Source: Lama glama (Eukaryota). From it: a stretch of 64,000 bases of DNA. Location of the stretch: positions 9,488,001-9,552,000 of the forward strand of contig CM052817.1 of assembly GCA_028534125.1 (NCBI GenBank), given 5' to 3'. The position numbers were made by a program, and so were the translations under genes. Shown piece by piece: positions 48,325-59,122 of this stretch (positions are counted from its first letter, which is position 1; the number at the start of each line of letters is the position of its first letter). The notes under the pieces are model-generated. The model did no database searches, was not told where the DNA came from, and saw only the letters and a program-made list of their open reading frames with translations.

Positions 48325-49550
48325 CATAAATGGATGGGGCAGTATAAATTCACACAGCCTTTTGGAAAGCAGTTTGGCAGCATGTACCAAGAAAGATATA
48401 AAACATCCAAATCTTTTGACCCAGTAATTCCATTTCTGGGAATCTATCCTAAGGAAATAATCCTAAATAAGGATGAATGCTGATATACAAAAATGTTCAA
48501 TATAATCTCATTTATAATAGGAAAAAATGGAAACAGCTTAATTGGGGAGAAGGAGATTCAATAAATTATGGTGCAGCTTCTTGGTGGATATTGTTTGGCC
48601 ATTAATGGTTCCAAAGAACAGAGGAGAAATGCTCATGATATAGTAACACGTTAAAGAAAAAGCAAGCAGATGATGCAACAATCCCACTTCTGGGTATTTA
48701 TCCAAAGGAAATGAAAACAGGATCTCAAAGAGATCTCTGCACCCCCATGTTCACTGCAGCATTATCCACAATAGCCAAGGTATGAACACAGCCTAAGTGC
48801 TCATCAACGGCCGGGCAGGTCAAGATATATATAGATATACACATATATGGTATATATAATAAAATATTATTCAGCCATTAAAAAGAAAAGCCTGCCATTT
48901 GAGACAACATGTATGGAACTTGAGGGCATGATGCTAAGTGAGATAAGTCAGACAAAGAAAAACAAATGCTGTGTGATAGCACTTATATGTGGGAACTAAA
49001 AAAGCTGAATCATAAAAACAGAGTAAAACAGTGATTACCAGGGGCTGGGGGTTGAGGGGACAGGAGAGGTGTTGCTTAAAGGTACAATCCTGCAATCAGT
49101 GGACAAATAAGTCCTGAAAGCCTAATGCACAGTATGGTGAATAGAGATGACAATATTGTAACATAATCAGCAAACTTGCTAAGAGAATGGATGTTAATTA
49201 TTCCTGCCACAAAAAAGAAATGACTTATGTAACATCATAGAGTGGCAAGCATATTACAATATATAAATATATCAAATCAACATGTTACACACCTTAAATT
49301 TACCCATGTTATGCGTTAAATATATTTCAATTTGAGAAAAGAAAGAAAGGAAAAGCAAACAAGAACAGTATATGGGCAATACTACAAATCTTTGAATAAA
49401 AAATCTATATACACACACATAAAAAACAAACAAAAAAATAGAAAGAAAAAATAAACCAAGCTGTAATAGTAGCTATCTAAGAGAAAGAAATGCAACTTTT
49501 TTCTTCTGTTTTTCTACCTTTTCCTTCTCGACAAATTTTCTTTCATAAAA
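48325..49550 (+). mobile_element. Old L1ME-like element interrupted by an L1MA-like 3' end (48669-49345)
   Basis: Outer element: TTTGACCCAGTAATTCCATTTCTGGGAATCTATCCTAAGG. Inner element: CAATCCCACTTCTGGGTATTTATCCAAAGGAAATGAAAACAGG...CACACCTTAAATTTAC. Degenerate TSD AAAG(A/G)AAAAGCAA(G/A)CA. Confidence 0.85.
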
Positions 49551-49689
49551 TAAAATATAAATAATTCCATACGACAATTATAGTCAGCATATAGAGCATC
49601 AAAATAAATTTTTAGGTTAAAAAACAGTACATGTATTTTGATGAAAAAAGTTGTAAACTACGAATAGGGAAAAAATACCAGATACAAAC

Positions 49690-49885
49690 TACTATACATA
49701 AAACAGATAAACAAGATCCTACTGTACAGCACAAGGAACTACATTCAATATCTTGTAACAACCTATAAGGAAAAAGAATCTGAAAAGGAATATATACACA
49801 TAACTGAATCAGTGTGCTGTACGCCAGAAATCAACACAACATTGTAAATCAACTATACTTCAATAAAAAAATTAAATATAAAAAG
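49690..49885 (+). mobile_element. Cetartiodactyl LINE-1 3' end
   Basis: AAACAGATAAACAAGATCCTACTGTACAGCACAAGGAACT...CATTGTAAATCAACTATACTTCAATAAAAAA. Confidence 0.9.
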
Positions 49886-50629
49886 GAAGGAAAGCTCACA
49901 CACCCACACACACACACAGCCAAACAAAGCAAACAAAACAAGCCTGCTACTGGTTCTGACAGAATGGTTGTCGGTGCTTGGGTGGCTTTCTGACCTCTCG
50001 TCCCCAAGGATGCTCCCTGCCACGGCCCTTCAGGCTTGCCCTCCTCCAGTCCTCCTGACGTGGAAACCCAAGAGAGCTTTTTAAAGTGTACGTGTGGTTT
50101 GTCGTTCCCAGCCTTACCCTTCACCTGCTTCTTGCTGCCCTTCAGATTAAGCCCAAGATCACAGCCGACTTTCAGCTTCCCTCTAATCAGCCTCTGCCGC
50201 AGCCCTTGCCCTCACCTGTCAGCCTCCCTCCCTCCCCACACTCTTCCGCCCTGGCCTCCTCATCGGCCTTCTGTCCCTTTCCCCCAGGTATCCTGTTCTC
50301 CCTCAACGCCGGGCTTGTACTCAGACCGTCAGCTCTGCCTGGAAAACCTACTGGACCCCACCCTCACGCCTGTCTTCCAGGATACCTCTCAGTCCCCCTC
50401 CACGTCTCAAGAAATTGCTTACAAGTCATTTCAGGGAGAGTTTCTCTATCTAGAGAGTCCAAAAGGAGTGTCACCAAGACATGCATTTTCTAGCTCAGCA
50501 AGAAGGTAAATTCTAAACATTATTTGAAAAAAAAAGAAAAAAAAAAAGGAACGTCCCTGACTTAGAGTTGCTTCTCCAACCACCAAGAGAAACCAGTATT
50601 TCTCGAGTGGCACAAATGTTGGCCCATGA

Positions 50630-50775
50630 GAAGCATTACTTCATGCATCTTTCTTAGTCTGAGCATCGTTAAACTTTCAATTCACAGAAGAGAAAACTGA
50701 GGTTCAGAGAGGTTATGCAAATTGCCCAAGGTCACGTGGCAGGGCAATGAAGACCCTGACCTTCAAAGCCAGTGA
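50630..50775 (-). mobile_element. MIR SINE
   Basis: AGAGAAAACTGAGGTTCAGAGAGGTTATGCAAATTGCCCAAGGTCAC. Confidence 0.85.
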
Positions 50776-51142
50776 CCGTCCTCTGCCCGCTGCCACCAGG
50801 CAATGTCAGTGGGAAGGAGATGTGGAGAGCCCCGCTAATTTGGACTTTGGTAACATTTCACTGCTTTTGTCTTTTTTTTTTTTTTTTTTTTGCCAAAACC
50901 ACTGTGCTCAGCTTTCTTCCCAAGCGCACGATGCATCACTGTTGGATTTCTAGTTCTCCCTCTACAGGGATGGAGTCGGTGAGAACACCATTCTGGCTGG
51001 AAGCGGATGTGTGCAGGGGGTACCACCTGCTGCTAAACCTTTGCCTTTGTTGGGTCTGTTGTAGCCCTTGACTCTGACCCTGGCTCACATCCACCATTCC
51101 TGCTCCCAGAATGCCTCTCATGTTTGCAGCACGAAGCAGGGA

Positions 51143-51300
51143 ACAAGATGTTAAATATAGTTCCCTGTGCTATACAGAAGAAATTTGTTTTTAATCTATT
51201 TTTATATATACTGGCTATCATTTGCAAATCTCAAACTCCTAAATGTATCCCTTCCCATCCTCTTTCTCCAGTAACCATAAGATTGTTTACTATGTCTGCG
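51143..51300 (-). mobile_element. Internal camelid L1 3' UTR fragment
   Basis: CAAGATGTTAAATATAGTTCCCTGTGCTATACAGAAGAAATTTG, closely similar to 6110-6265 in this window. Confidence 0.85.
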
Positions 51301-51854
51301 CGTCTTAAATATTCATTGAGCAAATGCTCATTGTCTGGGCTCACTTTAACAGTAGACTAGTAGTTGGACTTGAAGGCAAAAAGCTACGAGGGCAGGGAGG
51401 GCAGTTAAGAGGCTGTTACACGAGGTCATGCGAGACGTCGGGGCCCAGGTGCAGGTGGTGCTGTAGGAAACACACCCATCATGGTTGCTGTTGATACACA
51501 CCCGTTGTGGTTGCGTCCAGAACCCAGTCAGCACTGAAGCTACTTTTCTTGCTCTTATCTTGGCATCTGGTTAGAATTAGTCAGTAAATCAACCAGCGTA
51601 TATTGAGCATTTCTGGGTTTTAGGCCTTGGCTCTATATGGGCGGCACAAAGATGAGTAAGACAGGGTTCATGCCCCAGAGGCGCACATTGTGAGGTGCAC
51701 GTCCTTGCTCCTGAGTTCATATCGAGTGTAACTTGGGTCAGAAGCCTGGCTTAAAGGCAGGAGTTGACTTTCCCACATTTGTTGGGGATCCTAATAAACA
51801 GTACCCCTGTTCCCTACCAGAGGTGTATGCAAACTGAGAAATAGAACAAAGCAC

Positions 51855-52395
51855 TGTTGGCATCCACATTGTGGCCATAAATGGACACCAACTGACTAAG
51901 AACAAGAAAAGGCTACTGATTCAGAGCTTGCTATAGCAAGGGGGTCAGCCACCAACACCTGCCTCTCGGCAGAGATTCAGAGACAGGCGGAGGAGTGGGA
52001 AAGCTTCATAGTGGGAAACACAGGAGGCTTCAGGTTCGCCCTGATTGGGAGGAATTGTCGTAAGGAAGCTGTAGGTGGGGTGACTAGAGGGGAGCACCCT
52101 AGGTGACTGGTTGGGGGGCATATTTGGTTCTCTCGGCTTGACCTTAAGTGGAGACAAAAGCTAGGGGAGCTGTCCATGGTTCGTCAAGTCCTGGCTCCTT
52201 GGGGTTATTGTCTCGCTTCCTGAATTATTACTAGAGACAACAGCCTGACTCCCTGCACATCCAGCTTATAATGGGCTGGCTTCCTTGGCTTCATGGTAGG
52301 TACGAGAGCTGATTTCCTGGGCAGGCTGCTTCAGGTTGTGGGTCAAAGCCTATTGTAAATATGGTCTGGCCATTGTCTTTATACTCAGTCTCACA
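51855..52395 (-). mobile_element. ERV1 (MER4-group-like) solo LTR
   Basis: The minus strand starts TGTGAGACTGAGTATAAAGACAATGGCCAGACCATAT...TGACCCACAACCTGAAGCAGCCTGCCCAGGAAA; it has a CCAAT-type motif; left boundary uncertain. Confidence 0.75.
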
Positions 52396-52397
52396 AT

Positions 52398-53510
52398 AGG
52401 CAAAGAAACAAAACTTGACCCTTACCTCACTCCATATAAAAAAAAATTAAAAGAGGTCATACGCCTAAAAGTAAAATCTAAAACTATAAAATGTCTAGGG
52501 GAAAATACCTGTGACCTTGACTTTGGCAAAGTTGTCTTATATAGGATGTAAAACCACCAATTATAAAAGAAAGAGTTAATAAATTGTACTTCATCAAAAT
52601 TAAATGCTCCTCTTCAAAAGATGTAGTTAATAAAATAAAAAGTCAAGTCACAAACTGGAGAAACTATTTGTAAAACACACATCTGATTTATATCTAGATG
52701 ATATAAATTCTTACGACCAATAATAAGCAGATAAACAGCCAGAAATGAACCAGTATTTGAACTGATTCTTCAACAAGGAAAATATACAGGTGGCAAGTAA
52801 GTACGTGAAGAGATGCTCAACATCACTAGGGAGATGCAAGTTAAAACCACAGTTCAACGCTACCACACACCGAGGAGAACGGCTGACATGTGAAAGCAAA
52901 CCCAGTCATACCAAGCCCTGGCAAGGATGGGGAGCAACTAGAACTTCCATCCGTTGCTGCTAAAAATGCAAAATGGAAGTTAACATATTCACCAATAATC
53001 TATCTCCTAGGTATTCTCCCAAGAGAAACGGAAACATATGTCCACATAAAGACCTGTGCATGAATGTTGATGACAGCTTGAATTCAGAATTGCCAAACAC
53101 TGGGAATAAGTCTGATGTCCATCCACTGGTACCTGGACAAACAAACCGTGGTACACCTACACACAGTGGAAGGCTGCTCAGCAGGGAGAGAAACATGAGT
53201 GACTCTCAAAACTTATGCTCAGTGAAAGAAGACAAGCTCAAAGCCCACATGTTGTTTGAGTCCATTTATATGATATTCTGGAAAAGACAAAATTATAGTG
53301 ACAGAAATAAGCTCAGTGGCTGATAGTGGCTGCAATAGGGAGAATTTTTACGATGAAGGGGCATGTGGAAACATTTTGGAAGGAATGGAGATGCTCTGTC
53401 TCAATTCTGTGATGGGTACACAACTGTGTATGTTGGTCAAACTCAGTAGACAGTACACATAAAAGGACTGAATTTTACTCTTTGTAAAATACACCTTTTT
53501 CAAAAAAAGA
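52398..53510 (+). mobile_element. Old LINE-1 (L1MB/L1MC-like) ORF2 3' part and 3' UTR
   Basis: AACTTGACCCTTACCTCACTCCATATAAAAAAA; GAAGAGATGCTCAACATCACTAG; AACATATGTCCACATAAAGACCTGT; TCCATTTATATGATATTCTGGAAAAGACAAAA. Confidence 0.88.
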
Positions 53511-53894
53511 ATATTGCTTTGGTGTTATGGTAGAGGAGTTTCTTAATCCAGATATCCTGAAATTGGGCAGATTTTCATCCCTGGTTAGCTGAGCAGAACA
53601 CGCCTATTTGCTCTTCACAAATGTTCCAAATTCATCCATCCCACCTTCCCTGGGGTAGAATAAATAAAGAGGTGGGATGCTTCGGGAAAATCTCTCCTCC
53701 TGAAGACCAGAGGAGCAGAGAAAAGGCACTCTTATCATTCCCTGTCCCTTCAGTGCTCAACTTTGAGGTAACACATTTCAATTGACACGTCCCATTCTCA
53801 TCGCTAATGAGTGTTTAAATGTCATGAAGATGGACTCGTAAGCCAAAATTTGAAATAGTCTTCGGATTTTACACACATGGATAAGCTGATCACT

Positions 53895-54080
53895 TGTGAA
53901 GGTGAGGGTCTTGGAGTCCAGCTCTGCCCATCTGTCCCTAACCTCAGCCACCTCACTTGTCGTGGGGAAATCATAGCAGCTACCTCATGTGCTCTTGGCA
54001 AAGAATAAACAAGAAATGCATAGAAAGCACTTAGGACAGTGCCTTGCCATTATACACTCTTAATAATTGGTAACTATTTT
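53895..54080 (+). mobile_element. MIR SINE
   Basis: TAGCAGCTACCTCATG...AATGCATAGAAAGCACTTAGGACAGTGCCT. Confidence 0.7.
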
Positions 54081-54109
54081 TTATTTTCTATTATCCAAAG
54101 ATATATTGT

Positions 54110-54720
54110 CTCGGAAACAATCAAGTGTCCATCAGTGGGTGAATGGATAAAGCAAATACGGTGCATATATACAGTGAAGTATTACTTGGCCATGAAAAAG
54201 GCAAAGGATATCCTACCTTTTACAATAACACGGATGGACCTTGAGCGTGTTATGCTAAATGAAAACCAGACAAAGAAAGACAAATATTATATGATCTCGC
54301 TTCTATATGGACTGACAAACTCATAGATACAGAGATCAGATTGATGGTTGCCAGAGGCAGGGGTGGGAGGTGGGTGAAATGGGGAAAAGTGGTCAGAAAG
54401 CACAAACTTCCAGCCGTGTGATTAGTAAGTCCTGGGATGTAAGGTACAGCATGGTGACTCTAGTTAATAACACTGTATTGTATATTTGAAACGTTGCTAA
54501 GAGAATAAATCTTAAAAGTTGTTATCACAAGGAAAAAACCCAATCTGCAGCTGTGTAAGGTACTAGGTGTTAACTAGACTCATCGTGGTGACCAGTTTTC
54601 AATATACGCATATATGGAACCACTGTTTTGTACACCTGGAACTAACAGAATGTTCTATGTGAATTATACATCAAGTAAGAAAAGGAACAGACACACCAAA
54701 AATTAAAAACCAAAAAAGCA
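54110..54720 (+). mobile_element. L1MA9-like 3' end
   Basis: KCPSVGEWIKQ..YTVKYYLAMKK..ILPF..TRMDLE in ORF 54039-54326; GTAAGTCCTGGGATGTAAGGTACAGCATGGTGACTCTAGTTAATAACACTGTATTG. Confidence 0.9.
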
Positions 54721-57700
54721 AAGATGCAGAATCTCTCATAGGCTAACCACTTCTCAGGAAAACGTGCAAATTGAAGTCAGCGCTACAGGAAGCAGAGAGG
54801 AGGTGGAGCAAAGAGGCGGCCGTCTGGGCCTGGGGTCTGCGTTGCAGGTTAGGTTTTCCTGCTGCCACTCTGTTCCTCTGCACCGCGGTGGGGAAGGAGG
54901 CGCCCAGCCTCGCTGAGCTCCGCCCCGGGGCAGACCGCCTCCACTTGGTACCTGCTGACCCTTAAGGTCCCAAGACAACTCAGATTATCCTACAAACCTT
55001 CTCACCCCAAGATTCCACGCTTACCTGACATTTTAAAGAGGATGCCAGTTCTGTCATGTTTCCTAAATGATCTTAGGACAGCATGACAGGTTCTGTTAGT
55101 AACACCCCAAAATCAAGGCCCAGTCAGCAGCATCACCCATCCTCCACGTGTGGCGAACTGAGGGCCGGATTCTCTCCCGGAACCCACGGGCCCACAGACA
55201 GGCCTTTAACGAGCCTCAAGGTTTCTTGGAATTTCTGTAACAAGCCATTGGAGGCATCCCAAGAACTCCGAAAACCTCACTGAGAAAGCTTGACAACCGC
55301 ATAAAATTACGTTTCAGAACTCTGAGCGCACAGTATAGAAGTTGGTGAGCAAAGTGCTCTTAAGACATTTTTGACTTCTCTGAAGGACACCCATTTGGGG
55401 TTTTAAAAGTCCCAAGGGCCACTGAAGCTGCGTGGTGTCAGTCACTGTGCTGTTTAGTATCCAGGGTGATAAAAAGTCCTAGGTTTTCCTGAAATAGTTA
55501 TGTAATAGATGATATGATGTGTGGAATTAGCTTTAAAACATACCGACTGCAGGGGTCGGGGAAAGTGAGGATATGCGAGCAGGGGTGTTGTTGAAGCGGT
55601 GTTCCGCTCGGGTAACTGTGGAGCAGCTCATTGTCCATTTGACCTCTCCTGTTGTGTATGTTTAAAGTTTAAAGTTTTCCTGTAATTTTTAAGAACTTTC
55701 TTAGGATTTAAAATATAAGAAGGGATGTTCAGGGCAGAAAGGTGAGAATCAAGGACTATGATATGGGATAATACAATCATATTAATTCTTAGTTATCCAC
55801 AATAATGGAGATTAATGTTCATAAAAAAAAAAACACTGCAGTGTCTTCCCCACATGAAGTCAAGAATCAGGTCGTGGTGACAGGCGATGCTACACAGAGG
55901 AGATAATCTTGGAAATGATCCGGGGAACCCGAGTCCTACTTCTGGTCTTACATATAAACAAGACATTTGGAAGTGTCACTTTTCACTGAACCCGTTTTCT
56001 CAGCTATAAAATGGGAAAGTCAGGCAGATGCCCTCAGAGACCCCTTCCTTCCCTAAAGACACGAAATTCCCTCTAGAACATGAGCTCCGCGTGCCTTAGA
56101 CCCCTGCCTTCCTCTTTCAACTCCCTCTCTCCTGGTCCTGGGGCAGCACCCAGCACACGGTAGGGGTCAGTGACACTTCATTCAGTGCATGCGTGAACCA
56201 CCTTTTCTGAAATATGCAAAAGACTTTTCTCACAAGAACTTACATCTTTCTCAACAATGAAAGCAGATTCAGTTCATAAACCAAACGGATTCTGTGTAGC
56301 TTGTTGACGTCACCTTGAGAAGCCAGGGAAGCGGCAACAAGCACGAGCTCTACTTGTATCAACTCGGTTATTGTAATCAGCTGGGGTCAAGGGAGGGTCG
56401 ACAGCCTGGCTCGTAAAACTCTGCCCTCATCCTTTCATGATGAAGCCCAGAAACTTCCATGGCCAGCAGCACCCTGTCTGTTCCAGGCACATCCTCCTTC
56501 TAGGCTCATGCTCTCCTTTGTGCCTGAATCTCAATGACCTTCTTTCAAAATCATCCTCTTCTACCTCGGGGCCTTTGCACATTTCACTCCCTCAGCCTCA
56601 AAGTGTTTTCCGATTTTTCTTGTTGGTTAATTCTTCTCCCCTTTTATATTTCAGGTCAGATGTCATTTCTTCAAAGAGGTGGCTCTGCTAAACTCTCCCA
56701 TAATACCCTTTACTTTCCCTTCAGAACACTCTCCAGCATTTACCAAATTTATCAAATGATCTTCTCTGTCCTTACTATGATACAGATTAGAAACCATTTC
56801 ATTCTCCTCCCACCACTTCTTCCAGTCACATTCTGTTGGATCTTTCCCCTGCCCTTTTGTGACAACTCAGGCAAATTCCTCAGCTTCTGGTCACTTTCGT
56901 TTACATGAACAATCTCATTAATCAACTGCGACTCATTTTCAGATATTAAAAAGACAAATCTAAATCAGCACTTCAATATCATACCCAACCCGAAGCTTGT
57001 CCCTCCAAGCCTTCGTCTCAGAGCAGGTTATTTGCTCTCTCACCTTCCCCCGTGTCCTAGCTCCTCTGCCACTTCGGGCGTGGCTCAAGTCAGATCAGAA
57101 GATGGGAAAACTAGAAAAAGGCGAGTCAAGTATTTTTCCTTAATCAGTGCTACTTGTGCGGTTCTTTCCTGGCTGCCAATGCTTGCTGTATGTCCTAGGT
57201 ATTCAAACACTGGCGCTTTCTGGTAGAACACATTCCTGGGGCCATTAGAGGCTTTCTGAGGGACTTCCACACTATACAGGTTCTTGATATGGGTGGTAAA
57301 CTCCTTAAGTGATACCGCGCACGGTATCTACACCTACACCAGCCTCAGCTTCTGTGCTCAGTGATATATTCAGTGGCTTCTGACTGGCTTTCTCACCCTA
57401 GGAGATTCTCCTGGCTGAAGAGGTCCCACTTAAATGGCCGAGTCTCAGCTGCCACCCTCAGTACCATTTGCCTCTTGGGAAATTCATACATCCTTGCCTC
57501 TCCAACTGCCACTTCTACACTGCTCTCTCTTCTCCTGACAGCCTCCTGCCTTCAGAATTCCCTAGTTTCTATGCTCACATAAGACATCAAACTTTAGGGA
57601 TGAGTCAAGCGCCCCCACATTTCTCTGATCCCAAGAGAGCGGCAAGGCTCTCAGTTTCATGACTCAGTTAACATCCAGCTGGAGAGCAAGATGGTTTCTT

Positions 57701-58039
57701 TCTTGCAGAAACCTCTTGATACTATCAGTGATCTCTCAGGGTCCTTGCCACCAGGCTGGGGGGCGGGTTGTAGGAAGAGAGGGGCGAGGTCCTCAGCACT
57801 CCTTCATCAGCTAATTGCCCTCTACCTTGATGTCTTTCTCCAATCATTAATCCTTTTTGAACTTCTTATTTTCTCTTGTATGGATAAAAGTGGGCAATGG
57901 CCAGTATCAGAACCAGCTGGTTTTTAGCAAGTCTTAAATGGATGTGTGGGCACTGATTGCCCATTAGTCTCTGCTTTGAGTCCTCAACTGAAACTCCAAG
58001 CTGATGGAAAGTCCCAATTAACATTCTGTTAAACATAGT

Positions 58040-58180
58040 TTTGTGATCATTTGATGAGTGTGTCTTCCCCACTAGACTTTCTCTCTCTAAGGACTCCGTA
58101 TTTGCTCTCCTTGAATACCAAGATCACACATTCAGTATCTGGCACATAGCAGGAGCTCAACACGTATGTGATGAGATGAT
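58040..58180 (+). mobile_element. LINE-2 3' end
   Basis: TGTCTTCCCCACTAGACT...CAGTATCTGGCACATAGCAGGAGCTCAA. Confidence 0.75.
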
Positions 58181-58943
58181 GACTAAAAGAACAGGGGGAA
58201 AGAGTGAGAAGACCAGATCAGATTTCTACCACTGAAACTCCCTGGTTTGGAAGGGCTAACAGAGGAGGCATCATCTGAGCAAAAGCAGATGTGGCAAAGA
58301 TCCCAGTGCCTGGCGGCTTATCAGAACTACCCACAGAGCTTTTGAAATAGAGAAACACGTAGAGCTAATCCGCTGACTCAGCAGACCTAGTGAAGAATCC
58401 GTGAGCTAAGGCGCATAAGAGAGATCCCATAACGTGCTGGGAGGGGTCGTGGGACAGCAAGGTTGGACCTGCTGAGTGTCAGGGAGACTTCCTGGAAAAA
58501 GCGACGCATTAGGAGGACAAAAGTGAGCAGATGAAGAAAGCGGCACGGGAAAGACACGGCTGGCACGGACCTGCAGGCCAGAGGAGATGATATAAGCAGA
58601 GCACTGAGGCTAGGGAGAAATTAGATTCCTGCCCAGTCCCAGTGGTCTGGGGAAGAGGAGGCGGAGTCAGGGGAGCAGTCCACCTGCCTGCCAGCTGCTT
58701 AGATGCAGAAACCCGGTCTCATAAAGTTAGCAACATCCTAGGGGTTAAGTGGGCCAACTGTGGATCAGACTGCCCAGATTCCTCATCTACAGAAGGAGGC
58801 CATAAAAATACTCACCTCAAGAGGTGAGCATTAAAGGAGAAAGTGATGTAATATTTTAGCTCGTAAGCACACACGATATATCAGCTAGAACCTCCTTTTT
58901 TTTTAAATAATTTTAGTTTCTGGAATAGGCTTATGTATGTTTC

Positions 58944-59122
58944 CAGTGATGTGCTGAGTCAGCTTAGACTGGCTAACAAGGGCCAAATCCACACAGCTTT
59001 GCATTCAGTGAGGATCAGGTTGGGAGTCTGAAATTGGCCGTGGTGGGAGTCTCCACACCAAGGAAACTGACGAAGCTACAAATCCCAACCTTTCTCTCGA
59101 GAGCTGGTTTACCAGCAGGCTG
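58944..59122. mobile_element. MER53-like hAT MITE
   Basis: CAGTGATGTGCTG terminus; GAAATTGGCCGTGGTGGGAGTCTCCACACCAAGGAAA; GAGAGCTGGTTTACCAGCA. Confidence 0.75.

Noticed and set aside
50036..50509. Pro/Ser-rich 157-aa and 135-aa ORFs
   Set aside because: C-rich, probably L2-derived sequence with few stop codons; no recognisable homology
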